From assembly GCA_037200965.1 (NCBI GenBank), contig JBBCGK010000001.1, positions 128,001 to 192,000 of the forward strand: DNA of 64,000 nt, in the 5' to 3' direction. The stretch is from a bacterium. Lineage in GTDB: Bacteria; Patescibacteriota; Minisyncoccia; Phycocordibacterales; Phycocordibacteraceae. A program made the position numbers and the translations under genes. Positions 36,320-46,815 of this stretch are shown here, in pieces (position 1 is the first letter of the stretch; every line of letters begins with the position of its first letter). The notes below the pieces were generated by a model. The model searched no databases, was not told where the DNA came from, and saw only the letters and a list, made by a program, of their open reading frames with translations.

Positions 36320-37196
36320 GTGAATACTGTCCGCAATCTGCGCATGTTTGTTCGCCTGCGCCGTCTCCCTTCAGATATTTGTAGAACAAGACCTGCGAGC
36401 CGTCTGTTGAGAGAGACGCGCTATCCGAGAAGCCATATGGGAAGCTCTGTACGGTTGCTGCCTTTTTATCAATAACGCAGATGCGAGAAGCACTCATATA
36501 TCCAATCACTTGCAGGTCGTCGGAGAATGCGCCGGGAAATATTTGCGGTTCGATAGGATCGGCATCTGCCGGATTGCACGCCGGAGGCAGTGCCTTTGCA
36601 TACTGCGCGTTGTCGGTGATGAGGCTTGCAGGACCAAATCGCTTGTCGCTTATATAAATCGCATTCTTATCCCTCGAAGCACTCTGAGGCAAAATCTCGA
36701 ATGTTGTAGGGTTGGCACCGGGCAGCTCGCGCCACGTATCCCAGACGCGGTACTGATCTTTGGCATAGCTGCTTCCCGGAATCACACTGAAAGTCCTGGT
36801 ATCCGCGCCGGGCACGAGGTAGTAGCCTCCGTAGACGACATGCGTTGCGTCTTTACCGTAGTTGGCATCAACAACGACAAAGGTCGCTGGATCAAAATTC
36901 GCCACGACATTTGTGCACATGTAGACATTGTTCTTGTCTTTAGCATATGCACTGTTCGACGATGCTTCAAACGTTGCGACGTCCGCTTCGCCTATGGGAT
37001 TTCCCTGGCAATAAATCGTATCGCCATTCATCCAAAACCATTTGTTGTCGCTGACAGAGGGTTCATGTTTGGGCAGGGCGCTCGCCGGAATCCATGTGGA
37101 TTGCTGAGAAGCTGGTGAATACATTTTCCATATCGCAAAACCGCATGCGAGTATCGCTACAATCAGTATCGTGCCAAGAATAGTTTTTCGTTGCAT
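36279..37196 (-). CDS. membrane-anchored DKNYY-repeat protein
   Basis: N-terminal TM; repeats DKNNVY, DKNAIY (DKNYY family). Confidence 0.6.
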   Translation of the reverse strand: MQRKTILGTILIVAILACGFAIWKMYSPASQQSTWIPASALPKHEPSVSDNKWFWMNGDTIYCQGNPIGEADVATFEASSNSAYAKDKNNVYMCTNVVANFDPATFVVVDANYGKDATHVVYGGYYLVPGADTRTFSVIPGSSYAKDQYRVWDTWRELPGANPTTFEILPQSASRDKNAIYISDKRFGPASLITDNAQYAKALPPACNPADADPIEPQIFPGAFSDDLQVIGYMSASRICVIDKKAATVQSFPYGFSDSASLSTDGSQVLFYKYLKGDGAGEQTCADCGQYSLDRATGKVEKVSK

Positions 37197-37200
37197 CTTG

Positions 37201-38028
37201 TTAGAAGGTTAGGTCTACTCCCCGTAGTTTTTTGTTCATCGTCTGCAGCGCATTCGGCTGAGCGTTGGGATTCTGCACGACCTGCGAACCGTCGAACACG
37301 GAAATATGTATCGAGTTGTCGGTATGCGTTTCGTCGACTAGGAGGCTGAAGTCGCCCTTGCCGTTGTGGTACGTTTCGCTGCCAGTGAGCTTTGATCCCG
37401 GCACGAGGACGAACGTACCCTGATCAAGCGTATAGGTATAGATGTCTTCGTAGCCGATATACAGCACAGTCTGTCTGCCGTTCGATGCAGGTTGTGGACG
37501 CTCAAATGGCAGGCGGTGAGCAGCATAACTCGCGGCATTTTGGAGGTAGGAGCTTTCGCCTGTCTGCGAGTCGATCAGCATATCGTAGTAGGTATGCGTA
37601 GGAACCGTGATCAATACATAGCGTTTGCCAATCGCTATCGGCCACGATTGCGAATAGTTGTCCCCGTGCCCGTTAGCGGCTGCTTTGGATGCCAAGATGT
37701 CGGCCACATCGTTCCTGATCTTTTCCTCCTGCGGAGTGAGAGACTTGCCGTCGTAGCTTCTGCTGTCGACAAAGTACGGCGTAATGCCCTGCAGATCCGT
37801 TTGTAGCTTAGTGAGCAATGCAGGATCGACCGCAGTTTTATCAACCACAATTGGTGCGGAAGTGTCAGTAGTTGAGGATGTAGAAGTCGAGGTGGAAGTG
37901 TTCGTGGTGGGCGCGTGCTTTTGAAACACGACGAGCATGGTGACGCCGATTGCTGCCACAATGATAATTATCGCCCCGACCGTTTTACTTATTGGAAATC
38001 GTGTGTTGTTCATATTTTGACGACGCAA
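37201..38028 (-). CDS. membrane-anchored hypothetical protein (paralog of 43483..44868 C-terminal domain)
   Basis: N-terminal TM plus Thr/Ser-rich linker. C-terminal ~150 aa share IGKRYVL...YIGYEDIYTYTLDQG...GSETYHNGKGD...ETHTDNSI...VFDGS...NPNA...LQTM with the other paralog. Confidence 0.55.
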   Translation of the reverse strand: MRRQNMNNTRFPISKTVGAIIIIVAAIGVTMLVVFQKHAPTTNTSTSTSTSSTTDTSAPIVVDKTAVDPALLTKLQTDLQGITPYFVDSRSYDGKSLTPQEEKIRNDVADILASKAAANGHGDNYSQSWPIAIGKRYVLITVPTHTYYDMLIDSQTGESSYLQNAASYAAHRLPFERPQPASNGRQTVLYIGYEDIYTYTLDQGTFVLVPGSKLTGSETYHNGKGDFSLLVDETHTDNSIHISVFDGSQVVQNPNAQPNALQTMNKKLRGVDLTF

Positions 38029-38405
38029 TCAAAATTAATAGCCTTATGGTACTCCTTTTCAGGCTTTTTAGCTTGTGTGAGTGTTATGACGTGCAAAGGC
38101 CTCGTTTCTTGCTGGAGTATAATGAAAGCCTACAGCGACGCGAATTCCCATCAGCTTCGGCTGATGGGAATTTTCGTATAAAAATCACTTTACAAATTCA
38201 AAGGGCGACTCCCGACGTAGCACCTTTACGGCAGCCTCCATCTCGTAGGACTTGTAGCCACTTAAAATAACGGTTCTAAGTTCTCGCACCGCTCGGAGCA
38301 AAGCTGGGCGGACCGACACGAAAGTGTCGGTTTCGTCTTTATTTGCCTAATTCTTTATTTATGATATAGTCCACTCGGCAACTTGAACACGGAAGGAATA
38401 CGGCC

Positions 38406-38771
38406 ATGCCGGTCGGATCTGTCAGACACAAACACGGTCGTGGGCTTGGCGAGCTTGCGGCGAAACTCACCGAGGCGCTGCCTGGCATCGTCGCGCCTGC
38501 GCTCAGCATCGAGGGGCGCGAAATCCACGATGGAAAGGTCACGCCTGACGAAATCATCATCCGGTGCGAAGAAGGAACTGGGGCCGACGCGAACGCGAAA
38601 GACCTCGAAATCATGATCTTCGCGCACGACTTCCCGGAACGCTCCGCGAACCTCGAAGACCGCAAGAAGATCGTCCTCGAAGGTGTCCTTGCGTTCCTCG
38701 CCGACTGGGACCGCAACGTCACGGGCTTCGTGTGGGTCATCCTTGCGCCGACCGCGTTCGGCAGCTTTTAA
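38406..38771 (+). CDS. hypothetical protein
   Basis: 121-aa ORF with typical high-GC codon usage. Confidence 0.4.
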   Translation: MPVGSVRHKHGRGLGELAAKLTEALPGIVAPALSIEGREIHDGKVTPDEIIIRCEEGTGADANAKDLEIMIFAHDFPERSANLEDRKKIVLEGVLAFLADWDRNVTGFVWVILAPTAFGSF

Positions 38772-38837
38772 TTCAATGGGCTTGTGCGAACAGAAGGGCC
38801 GCCGGAGCGATTCGGCGGCCTTTTGTTATACTTTGAA

Positions 38838-39315
38838 TATGACCGACACCGACTTCATTAAGCTCGCGATTGAGGAGGCCAGGAAATCACAGGCTGCGGC
38901 CGGCGCTCCAATCGGGGCTGTCATGGTGAAGGACGGGGAAGTGATCGCGACAGGTTGGAGCTTGGTGTGGCCCAAGAAAGACCCTTCCGCACACGGAGAA
39001 ACCGCTTGTATTCGTGCTGCCTGTGACAAGCTCCAGTCGCTCGATCTCTCCGGCTGTACACTCTATTCAACCCTTGAATCCTGTTCCATGTGCCTCGGCT
39101 GTGCTAGTTGGGCCGGAGTTTCGCGTGTCGTTTTCGGTGCGTACAAAGAAGACATACCGGAGAATCCATACGAACTCACTGACTATCATGCCGAGGAACA
39201 TGCCAAGCGGCTTACTGCTCCGGCAGGACAGAAGGTCGGGGTCATCGGCGGCGTTTTACGCGAGGAGTGCGCGGCACTCATGGCGAAAGTGAAGAATTGG
39301 ACTCCAATGGAATAA
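38838..39315 (+). CDS. CMP/dCMP-type zinc deaminase (TadA/guanine-deaminase-like)
   Basis: HGETACIRAA (H-A/C-E) and SCSMCLGC (PCxxC-type) zinc-binding motifs. Confidence 0.75.
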
Positions 39316-39329
39316 GCTACAGTTCCTGT

Positions 39330-39647
39330 ATGCAAAACTGCATCATCATCCACGGCTGCCCCTCGAACGTCGAGAAGGCGATGAATCCCGAGACTCGGAC
39401 GCATGATAAGCATTGGATTCCATGGGTTAAGAACACGCTTACAAAATTCGGAATTCCGACCGAGGCTCCGCTCATGCCCGAACCGTGGGAGCCGTCATAC
39501 GAGAAATTCAAGGCAGAGTTGCGCCCGCTCCACTACCCTCTAATCGCGAGCCGCCTCTGCGGCAAGATGCCCAGCGAGCGTAGTGATGAAGGTCTTGAGA
39601 CTGGTGAGCTCGCTCATGTCCGAGTAGTCGCCGGTGTCCTTGGCTGA
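39330..39647 (+). pseudogene. truncated RBBP9/YdeN-like serine-hydrolase N-terminal fragment
   Basis: MQNCIIIHGCPS...HWIPWVKNTLTK... resembles the N-terminus of RBBP9/YdeN-family alpha/beta hydrolases. The nucleophile motif is absent or degenerate, and the frame runs into the convergent REase gene. Confidence 0.35.
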
Positions 39648-40274
39648 CTGCGGCGAGAGCATGATGCACGCCGACGTGTAAAGCTGTTCCTGCACGAGCT
39701 TTTTGCAGAGGATGTTGTAGCGATCGGCATAGGATGCGCCTTTGAATTCCGGAAGCAATGGGAAGTGCGGCGAATTATCCGTCACTGGCGAGCGCGAGCC
39801 CGGCGCGTCTTCGAGGAGCATGAGCCAGCCGACGAATGGCTTCGGTTGTTCCCCGAACGCTCCTTCCCGGTACGCGGTCCACAGGTCGTGCGCGGTCCCG
39901 ATTGCTTCTTCTATGCGATTATTGAAATTATTGCCGAACGAGCCGACCTGCGACTTGAATTCGAGCGCGGCGACGAGACGGCCTTCGCTGAGTATGAGGA
40001 AATCCCATTGCTTAGTTGGTCTGAAGAAGCCCGGTAGGGTGACGAGACGCCCGCTATGAATGACCGTCGCATCTGTAAGGCCATTTGCTTCGGCAAGATC
40101 TGCCATCAGCGTGGCGAAGCCATCCATGTTCTTACCCGCAGTGACTGCGCCGCGGGTTCCTTGGTCTACAGTTCCGGATTCCTCCTGTTGCCGGACCGCA
40201 ACACTGCGATTGCCCCAGAACAGTTCGACTGCCTGTTTAGCACGCTTCTCGTATTGCGCGAGGTCTATGGCCAT
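39540..40274 (-). CDS. type II restriction endonuclease, PD-(D/E)xK fold (possibly XhoI/PaeR7I-like)
   Basis: [20 protein letters not shown] gives D...E-x-K. Sits 5 nt downstream of a gamma-class N6A MTase in the same orientation. Confidence 0.5.
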   Translation of the reverse strand: MAIDLAQYEKRAKQAVELFWGNRSVAVRQQEESGTVDQGTRGAVTAGKNMDGFATLMADLAEANGLTDATVIHSGRLVTLPGFFRPTKQWDFLILSEGRLVAALEFKSQVGSFGNNFNNRIEEAIGTAHDLWTAYREGAFGEQPKPFVGWLMLLEDAPGSRSPVTDNSPHFPLLPEFKGASYADRYNILCKKLVQEQLYTSACIMLSPQSAKDTGDYSDMSELTSLKTFITTLAGHLAAEAARD

Positions 40275-40279
40275 ACGTT

Positions 40280-41986
40280 TTATGCCTTGATGGTAGCACG
40301 CTCGGATGGAGAGAGAGAAAACAAGGCGGATACGGCTTCGTCGCGGGCTTCAGAGTCATCACTGCCCGCTGCCGCGCGAAGCGCCTGCTGCAGATCCTTG
40401 GAGACATCGCTCCACCGCGGCAACCGGATACGCCGCAGATACTGTGCCTGAAACCGGAGACAGTTCCCGTGCATGCGCGTCGAGTAGGTCTCGATGAATA
40501 CGCGCGCGATGCCAGAGAGCAAGACGGCACGGAGCGCTTGAAGATCCCATTCGTCGGAGGTGATGTAGTAAAGATTGTGATGAGGATACAGCTTGCCCTC
40601 GTCGTAGACGATATGGGCATCGCCCTTGATATCTGGGATCAGGAGTTTCGGCTTCTGCACGAGCTCCGGATAGATACGGTCGATCGTGCGGTACCAAGCG
40701 CTCGGGTTCTTCTTGGAGACGTGCCGGTTCCTGATCGCCACTTCGTGCTGTCCGAGGTATGCGCGCAGCCGGGGATACTTCTCAAGCGAGACCGGCTTCC
40801 CGTCATTCCCGAATGGATTCACGACGCCCAGTCCGCGCCATGCTACCGTACCCGTCTGAATATCCTTGGTCATTACGAGCGGAAGTTTGCACTCGGCCTC
40901 GACATCGAGCGTATCGAAGGGCGCGATGAACACATCGTCTGCCCCCGTCGCAACGCCGATACCCACCTTGCATCCCGTTTCCTCCAGCGTTGGGAAATCA
41001 CTCTCAAGGCGGCGAATGAGCGCGAGTGTGTCCGACTCCTCAAGCGTCCATGGGTCGCCGCCGGTGATGGTCGTTACTTTTACGGACTCATGGTCGGCCA
41101 ATGCGCCTCGCACGAGCGCGCGGGCCAGATCCTCTAGCGCAGATGCCTCAATCTCCGGGCGCTTCGCCACATAGGTCGGACCGGCCGACTCGCGGGCGAT
41201 TACGGTGATTGCCGGATATGCGATCACTTCCGAATGGAAGGCTGGGGTACCGACCATGTCGACGTATGTCCGCATGTGGAATCGCTTCGCGACAAGTTCG
41301 CGGAGGGGACCTCCGTAGCGATTCTTCATCCAGCGGTCAGCGCAGATAAAACCGAGCGTGCCGCCCTCATCGAGGAGCTTCAGCGAGTATTCGATAAAAG
41401 GGATAAAAATATCTGCTCGATCGTAAATCGTCTCGTACCGGCGACGGTACTCGGCCATCAGCACATTGGGTACCATCTCTTGCCTGATGTACGGCGGATT
41501 TCCGACAACATGAGTAAAGGAGTGCCCGAATGGCGTGAGCAGGAAGTCGCCTTGGACGAGCCAAGCCCCAAGGATTTCTTCGCTTTGATCGATAGTTAGT
41601 CCGTTCTGGAGGAGAATCGCTCGCACTTCCTTCCTCGTCTTATCAAATGACCCCATGTGGAGCTCCACCCCGCGGATACTGTCTCTCAAGAGATCTGCAC
41701 TGGGCTTTATGTTCCTAGTCTTGAGCGAGGACATGAGCCGCTTCACCGCTGGTATGAGGAAATCTCCATGTCCGAACGACGGTTCGAGAAGACGTGCCGC
41801 GTACAGTTCATTGGAAGGCACATAACCGACGAGGTCGAGTATAAAATCCACCACTTCCGACCGCGTGAAAATGGCCCCGCGGTCGTCGGTTCCTGCTGCT
41901 GCAAACTCCTCTATGGCAGACGCGACTGGAGAAAGGCCGGGGAGGAATTCCTGCGCGAGCTGTCCTTTTAGCGTGCCAACTCTCAT
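40280..41986 (-). CDS. N6-adenine DNA methyltransferase, gamma class (Eco57I/TaqI-like)
   Basis: Motif [13 protein letters not shown]; N-terminal AdoMet region [11 protein letters not shown]. Start placed at MRVGTLKG (ATG 41986), preceded by an AT-rich stretch. Confidence 0.8.
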   Translation of the reverse strand: MRVGTLKGQLAQEFLPGLSPVASAIEEFAAAGTDDRGAIFTRSEVVDFILDLVGYVPSNELYAARLLEPSFGHGDFLIPAVKRLMSSLKTRNIKPSADLLRDSIRGVELHMGSFDKTRKEVRAILLQNGLTIDQSEEILGAWLVQGDFLLTPFGHSFTHVVGNPPYIRQEMVPNVLMAEYRRRYETIYDRADIFIPFIEYSLKLLDEGGTLGFICADRWMKNRYGGPLRELVAKRFHMRTYVDMVGTPAFHSEVIAYPAITVIARESAGPTYVAKRPEIEASALEDLARALVRGALADHESVKVTTITGGDPWTLEESDTLALIRRLESDFPTLEETGCKVGIGVATGADDVFIAPFDTLDVEAECKLPLVMTKDIQTGTVAWRGLGVVNPFGNDGKPVSLEKYPRLRAYLGQHEVAIRNRHVSKKNPSAWYRTIDRIYPELVQKPKLLIPDIKGDAHIVYDEGKLYPHHNLYYITSDEWDLQALRAVLLSGIARVFIETYSTRMHGNCLRFQAQYLRRIRLPRWSDVSKDLQQALRAAAGSDDSEARDEAVSALFSLSPSERATIKA

Positions 41987-42143
41987 GTGTTTAATAATAC
42001 CATTCCCGGGAGTGAGAGAGCGATTTCGAGGTATTGAACCATTACGAAGGACTTGACACAAGTATCTACTTATGATAGAGTCTGTCCTGGTAGTAGATTC
42101 CATTCCGGCATCTCCCCAGCCACGAACCTTACAGGAGGCTTCC

Positions 42144-42485
42144 ATGGCACGTTCAATCATCCTCGAGTCCGACCCCGAAGCACGCGTTGGTTTCAACGCG
42201 CAGGAAGGAGCGGGACACGAGAAGACCGAATCCCGCGTCGTCATCGACATCAGCGGTTACAAGCTGGTGCATGACACGGAAACGGAAGGAGGCCTGCATG
42301 TCGTGCAGCTCTACCTCACCGTTCCTCAAATGGCACAGCTTGTGCGGATGTTTTTCTTGGAGATTGCTAAGGAAAACATCTACGCACAGCTCCTTCGTCG
42401 GCTCCTCCGGCAACGGTGGAAGGTCATGACGAATGGTGCCGCCAAGCACATGGGTTGGATGCCGCGATACGATCAAGGCGTCTGA
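42144..42485 (+). CDS. hypothetical protein
   Basis: AGGAGG RBS 6-7 nt upstream of the ATG at 42144; followed by a canonical terminator. Confidence 0.45.
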   Translation: MARSIILESDPEARVGFNAQEGAGHEKTESRVVIDISGYKLVHDTETEGGLHVVQLYLTVPQMAQLVRMFFLEIAKENIYAQLLRRLLRQRWKVMTNGAAKHMGWMPRYDQGV

Positions 42486-42508
42486 CCCTAAATATGAGTA
42501 ACCGAATT

Positions 42509-42540
42509 GTCGCCCCGGTGGTTGTGGGCGACTTTTTTAT
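42509..42540 (+). terminator. rho-independent terminator
   Basis: GTCGCCCCGGTGG-TTGT-GGGCGAC followed by TTTTTTATT. Confidence 0.7.
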
Positions 42541-42576
42541 TACCATTACTCGTTCTGGAAGTGTTGGTAAATGAGG

Positions 42577-43419
42577 CTAAAGCGGATCCCGTGCGCCCTG
42601 AAGTCTTTCGGAGTGTCTCGTATTTAGTGTACCCGTCCGCCCCAGCTTATCCCGGTAAATCAAGGAAACAAGCGCGAAGCTTAGTACGAGCAGCAGGAGC
42701 CACGATCCGATCTTCTCGGGCGAAACCGGATGCCAGTGTCCCACCTGATTCGGATACACCCAGATGCGCGCGAACGTCCCGATATTCTCGGCCGCCCAGA
42801 CGAAGAGCGCGGTCAGAACCGCCGTTACGAGAAACGGCATGCTGCGCCTGCGGCGATACACCTCGAAACGCACCCGCGTCTTCCGGAAAACGAGGAGTAT
42901 GTAGATAAAAAGGATGCCGCGGATGTCATAGAAGAAGTGGTGCGTGAAGAAGTTGAGGTAGATGAGCGCCGCAAGCAGCCAGATATGGCCATAGGCAGGG
43001 AAGCGCTCATAGGAAAGTTTGAGGAAGACGAACGCGCGCGAAATATAGCTTCCGACCGCCGAATACAGGAACCCGGTGAACAGCGGCACGGTCCCGAGTG
43101 CAAATACCGTTTCCGCAGCACCGGGATACGTCCACGACCCGATCGCAGGACTCGTCTTAAAGAGCTCCATGCCGGTCGCAAGGAGATGGAACACGACGAT
43201 GACGAGAAACTCCCGCGGATTCTCGAACCGGAAGACAAGCGCACACAGCTGGAATCCGAGCGCGGCGAGGAATATGAAATCGTACCTGCTGATGAGCGGC
43301 ACGGAGACCGCTTCCGTGAAAAGAAACACCGAAAGCAGGAATATGCCGAAATAGCTCGCCCGCGCGTTAGCAATAAAGAAACGCCATAACTCGATGCCGC
43401 GCCCGCGCCATGTTTCCAT
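42577..43419 (-). CDS. polytopic integral membrane protein (DUF817-like)
   Basis: ~8 TM helices; aromatic-rich. Confidence 0.45.
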   Translation of the reverse strand: METWRGRGIELWRFFIANARASYFGIFLLSVFLFTEAVSVPLISRYDFIFLAALGFQLCALVFRFENPREFLVIVVFHLLATGMELFKTSPAIGSWTYPGAAETVFALGTVPLFTGFLYSAVGSYISRAFVFLKLSYERFPAYGHIWLLAALIYLNFFTHHFFYDIRGILFIYILLVFRKTRVRFEVYRRRRSMPFLVTAVLTALFVWAAENIGTFARIWVYPNQVGHWHPVSPEKIGSWLLLLVLSFALVSLIYRDKLGRTGTLNTRHSERLQGARDPL

Positions 43420-43482
43420 GAACGGATATAACGGGCCGCCCGAAGAAGAGGTTGCCGCGCCGCGGAGAACCGGCCTGTTTCT

Positions 43483-44868
43483 TTAAGGCAGGGATAGAGT
43501 GACTTGCCGTATCCTCTTGTACATCGTCTGCATCGCGTTTTCGGGCGCTTCCGGATTCCGGACGATCCGGGAGCTGTCGAACACGGTGAGAGTTATCGAA
43601 TTATCGGTATGCGTTTCTTCCGGATCGAGATAGGCATCAGCGCGCCCGGAATGATATGTTTCGCTTCCGTACAGCTTCGCGCGGAATACGGAGGAAAACG
43701 AACCGCGGTCGAGGCTATAGGTGTACACATCCTGGCTTCCGATATAGACCGCCATCTGCGCAGCGTCAGCCGGCCGGGCCTCCTCCAGGGGCGGATAGAT
43801 CGGCCGGTAGTTCGCGCCGTTCGGGATGGAGGTAGCGTGGCCGGTAGCGGAGTCTATGATCAGGTCATAACTGCTTTCCGCGCTTGGCTGCGAGACAAGC
43901 ACGTATCTCGTTCCTATCGCCCGCAGCCGGAGCCGGGAATAATACTCCGCATTATCGGGTTCCCTTGAGACGAACAGGGCGACGATATCGCTTTTAATCT
44001 TTTCTTCCTGCGGGGTAAGGCGGACATCGGCAAACCCTTTGCCCGCGATAAAATGGGGAACGACTCCCTTCAAGTCGTTTTGCAGCGGAGCGAGCGCCTC
44101 GCGGGAAACCGTCGCTCCTGGGACGAACCTGAACGATTCCGCCATCTTCTCCGCAACCGCATTCCCGAGCGGATAATGGATCATCAATTTGGTCCCGATG
44201 TCGTTTTCCACGAAGATAAATCTATGGACTGCCCCTTCCGGTTCCAACATGTATCCTTCGCCTACCCCCAGAAAGCTTTTTGTGAGGGTAAAGGAATACG
44301 CCTGTCGCCCCGCGAATGTCGTTTCCACGAGATCTCCCACCCGCTTGCCGAAGGCCGCACCATCCCCATCATTCACCTGGTCTTCGCGGATTGTCTCCGC
44401 GAACTCGCGCAACGGGAGCGCGACGCGGTCGGCCTGTGTCTTGTTCGCCTCAGGAATCTCGTTGGTAAAGGGAAGTTCGGCGCTTATCCAGAATATGATC
44501 GGGTGGCCGACTCCCGGGAAGCTCATAACCGCCTCGTCCGATTCCTCGACGGGGATGGTTTCCACCAGGGCAATATAGGAAACATCCATATCCGCGGGAT
44601 GCGAGACTTCATAGCCATGGACCGCATTAACGTATGCCTGCCAGTCCGCCGGAATCTTCGCGGACCGGTATTCCCAGGCGGCAAATACTCCGGCCGTGAT
44701 GATTAGGAAAACCGCCAGACCGATAACCCAGACGTGATGATTCCGTACATATTCGCGCGCGGTCATATATACGCACGATATCATGATGGTCTGGAATAGA
44801 CGCATGGCCTGACAAACAATGCCGTCCGTGGCACTATGCGGGAGGAAAGCTACGGAATAGAAAGGCAA
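43483..44868 (-). CDS. membrane-anchored hypothetical protein (paralog of 37201..38028)
   Basis: N-terminal TM; C-terminal domain shares a motif series with the 37201..38028 product. Confidence 0.55.
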   Translation of the reverse strand: MPFYSVAFLPHSATDGIVCQAMRLFQTIMISCVYMTAREYVRNHHVWVIGLAVFLIITAGVFAAWEYRSAKIPADWQAYVNAVHGYEVSHPADMDVSYIALVETIPVEESDEAVMSFPGVGHPIIFWISAELPFTNEIPEANKTQADRVALPLREFAETIREDQVNDGDGAAFGKRVGDLVETTFAGRQAYSFTLTKSFLGVGEGYMLEPEGAVHRFIFVENDIGTKLMIHYPLGNAVAEKMAESFRFVPGATVSREALAPLQNDLKGVVPHFIAGKGFADVRLTPQEEKIKSDIVALFVSREPDNAEYYSRLRLRAIGTRYVLVSQPSAESSYDLIIDSATGHATSIPNGANYRPIYPPLEEARPADAAQMAVYIGSQDVYTYSLDRGSFSSVFRAKLYGSETYHSGRADAYLDPEETHTDNSITLTVFDSSRIVRNPEAPENAMQTMYKRIRQVTLSLP

Positions 44869-44871
44869 CGC

Positions 44872-45354
44872 ATGAATACGAGAGAAACGCGGTCATGCGG
44901 TACCTGTACCGCATGCTGCAAGACGCACAGCGTATCCGGGTTCACGTTCGAGAAACCCGCGGGCAAGTGGTGCCAGCACTGCACGCCCGGAAAAGGCTGC
45001 AAAATCTACGAGGACCGGCCTCGGGCCTGCGTTCTTTTCAAATGTTCATGGTTGAAGGGTATCGGCGAGGAAGATGACCGCCCCGACCGACGCAAAGTCG
45101 TCCTTGATGCCGTGTATGTCGCAGGCGGACCGCCGGAAGGATATCTCCAGATGTGGGAGGTATCCGAAGGCGCGCTTCGAAAGCCATGGGCGAATGCGAT
45201 GGCGCGGCTGATGGTCGCGAAAGGGGCGATTGTAACCCATATTTATAGTTCAGGACGCAAGAAGATATTCCTTCCCAAGCAATACTCGAAGGAAGACTTC
45301 AGCTTCCGAAAAGCGGATAATTTCGAAATAGGGGATCCTTCGGAACTAAGGTGA
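44872..45354 (+). CDS. YkgJ-family (CxxCxxCC) putative zinc/iron-chelating protein
   Basis: CGTCTACC followed by further Cys pairs (CQHC, CKIY...C). Confidence 0.55.
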   Translation: MNTRETRSCGTCTACCKTHSVSGFTFEKPAGKWCQHCTPGKGCKIYEDRPRACVLFKCSWLKGIGEEDDRPDRRKVVLDAVYVAGGPPEGYLQMWEVSEGALRKPWANAMARLMVAKGAIVTHIYSSGRKKIFLPKQYSKEDFSFRKADNFEIGDPSELR

Positions 45355-45451
45355 TGAGGAACACCCAAGCGCTCCTGTGTCTCAGAAAAGCCGCCCCCGG
45401 AGGGCGGCTTCTTCTTTTGTTATACTTCGTATTATTCCTTAGACATTTCGT

Positions 45452-45793
45452 ATGAAAAAATTTCTTGCTCTCTATATGGCACCCGTCTCGACGCTTGAAG
45501 AGTGGGCAAAGACCGATCCGGGTACAAGAAAAGCGACGGAAGAGAAAATGAAAGCGGAATGGCAGGCGTGGATGGGCGCACACGCCGCGCAAGTCACCGA
45601 AACGGCAGGGCTTGGCTCCACCATGCGCACGACAAAAGAAGGTACTCTGGGTACAAAGAACGGCATCATGCTGTATTCGATGGTCGAAGCGGATTCGATC
45701 GAAGACGCGACAAAGTACTTTGAACACCATCCTCATTTGGAGATTCCCGGCGCGTCGATAGAGATCATGCCGGTCAATCCTCTGGCGGGATAA
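45452..45793 (+). CDS. hypothetical protein
   Basis: 113-aa ORF. Confidence 0.4.
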   Translation: MKKFLALYMAPVSTLEEWAKTDPGTRKATEEKMKAEWQAWMGAHAAQVTETAGLGSTMRTTKEGTLGTKNGIMLYSMVEADSIEDATKYFEHHPHLEIPGASIEIMPVNPLAG

Positions 45794-45809
45794 CCCGAAT
45801 ACATTCCGC

Positions 45810-46385
45810 ATGGAAATCGATCGGGAGATACTCAAGAAGATCAACTCGCTCCCGAATCCGATGCTCATCGCAATCTCGGGCTTTGGGGGATCGGGGAAAT
45901 CGACCGCCGCGGAAAAGCTTGGCGCGTACCTCGACGCTCCGGTGATAGGAGTCGACTCGTTCGCGCGCCACAGGCTTTCCGGCGGAACCGCGTGGAATTC
46001 GGTCGATTTCGGACGCCTTGAACGGGAAGTATTGAAGCCGTTTGAAGCCGGTCAGAATCCCCTCGTATACGGGCACTATGACTGGAGCAGCAACGGCATC
46101 GTGACCACCGCTCCCGTCGAACACCGGGGCCGCCTTATCGTAGAAGGCGTCGGCCTCTTCCGTCCGGAGCTGTATCAATACTTTTCATACATGCTGTGGA
46201 TAGACTGTCCGCTTGAGGAAGCGGCGGCGCGGGGAAAGAAGCGCGACAGGGAAATTCATAACAATCCGCAGGACGAGCGGTGGGACGGGGTTTGGAAAAG
46301 GAACGATCTCGAATACCTTGCGGCCTACAAGCCGGACGAAATGGCGAATGCGGTAATCAAAAACGAGAAGATCGATCTGACTTAA
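45810..46385 (+). CDS. P-loop nucleoside/nucleotide kinase-like protein
   Basis: Walker A ISGFGGSGKST; size typical of uridine/cytidine-kinase-like proteins. Confidence 0.6.
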   Translation: MEIDREILKKINSLPNPMLIAISGFGGSGKSTAAEKLGAYLDAPVIGVDSFARHRLSGGTAWNSVDFGRLEREVLKPFEAGQNPLVYGHYDWSSNGIVTTAPVEHRGRLIVEGVGLFRPELYQYFSYMLWIDCPLEEAAARGKKRDREIHNNPQDERWDGVWKRNDLEYLAAYKPDEMANAVIKNEKIDLT

Positions 46386-46395
46386 ATCAATACGT

Positions 46396-46734
46396 CTATA
46401 GCCACCGACTTACGCCGCCATGATGCGAGCAGGTGCCAGAACGATGCTGGCTGAAACTGTAGGTGCCGTCACGGCACTTCGCGGATGCTCCGGCGGGGGC
46501 GGAGTCGGAATAAGCAGGAGAGTGAACGCGGTTGCCGTCAACGTTGGTGTAGTAAGTATCGTTCGAGAGACTGGAAACTCCCTGCACGGCAGCGGCAGGT
46601 GCGGGAAACGAAGCCTGCGGCGAAGGGGAGGGGGAAGAAAAACCCGCGCTGCCCAGAGCGAGAGCGGCGACAACGCCTACCGGGATGAGGTAGCGCTTTT
46701 TCTTATACCAAGGGCGGTCTGATGCCGGTTCCAT
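46396..46734 (-). CDS. DUF3761-family secreted protein
   Basis: TM/signal, then YYTNVDGNRVHSP...AKCRDGTYSFSQHRSGTCSHHGGVSRW. Confidence 0.55.
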   Translation of the reverse strand: MEPASDRPWYKKKRYLIPVGVVAALALGSAGFSSPSPSPQASFPAPAAAVQGVSSLSNDTYYTNVDGNRVHSPAYSDSAPAGASAKCRDGTYSFSQHRSGTCSHHGGVSRWL

Positions 46735-46815
46735 GGCCGAACCCTACGCTTATAAGGCCGGAATGCAACTGCCCGGCGGTGAATCCCCACCCTAATCGCA
46801 ACAAAGTTTGCAGGC

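Noticed and set aside
40469-41137. 222-aa plus ORF inside the MTase gene
   Set aside because: Antisense to a gene with the GNPPY motif; no motifs of its own.
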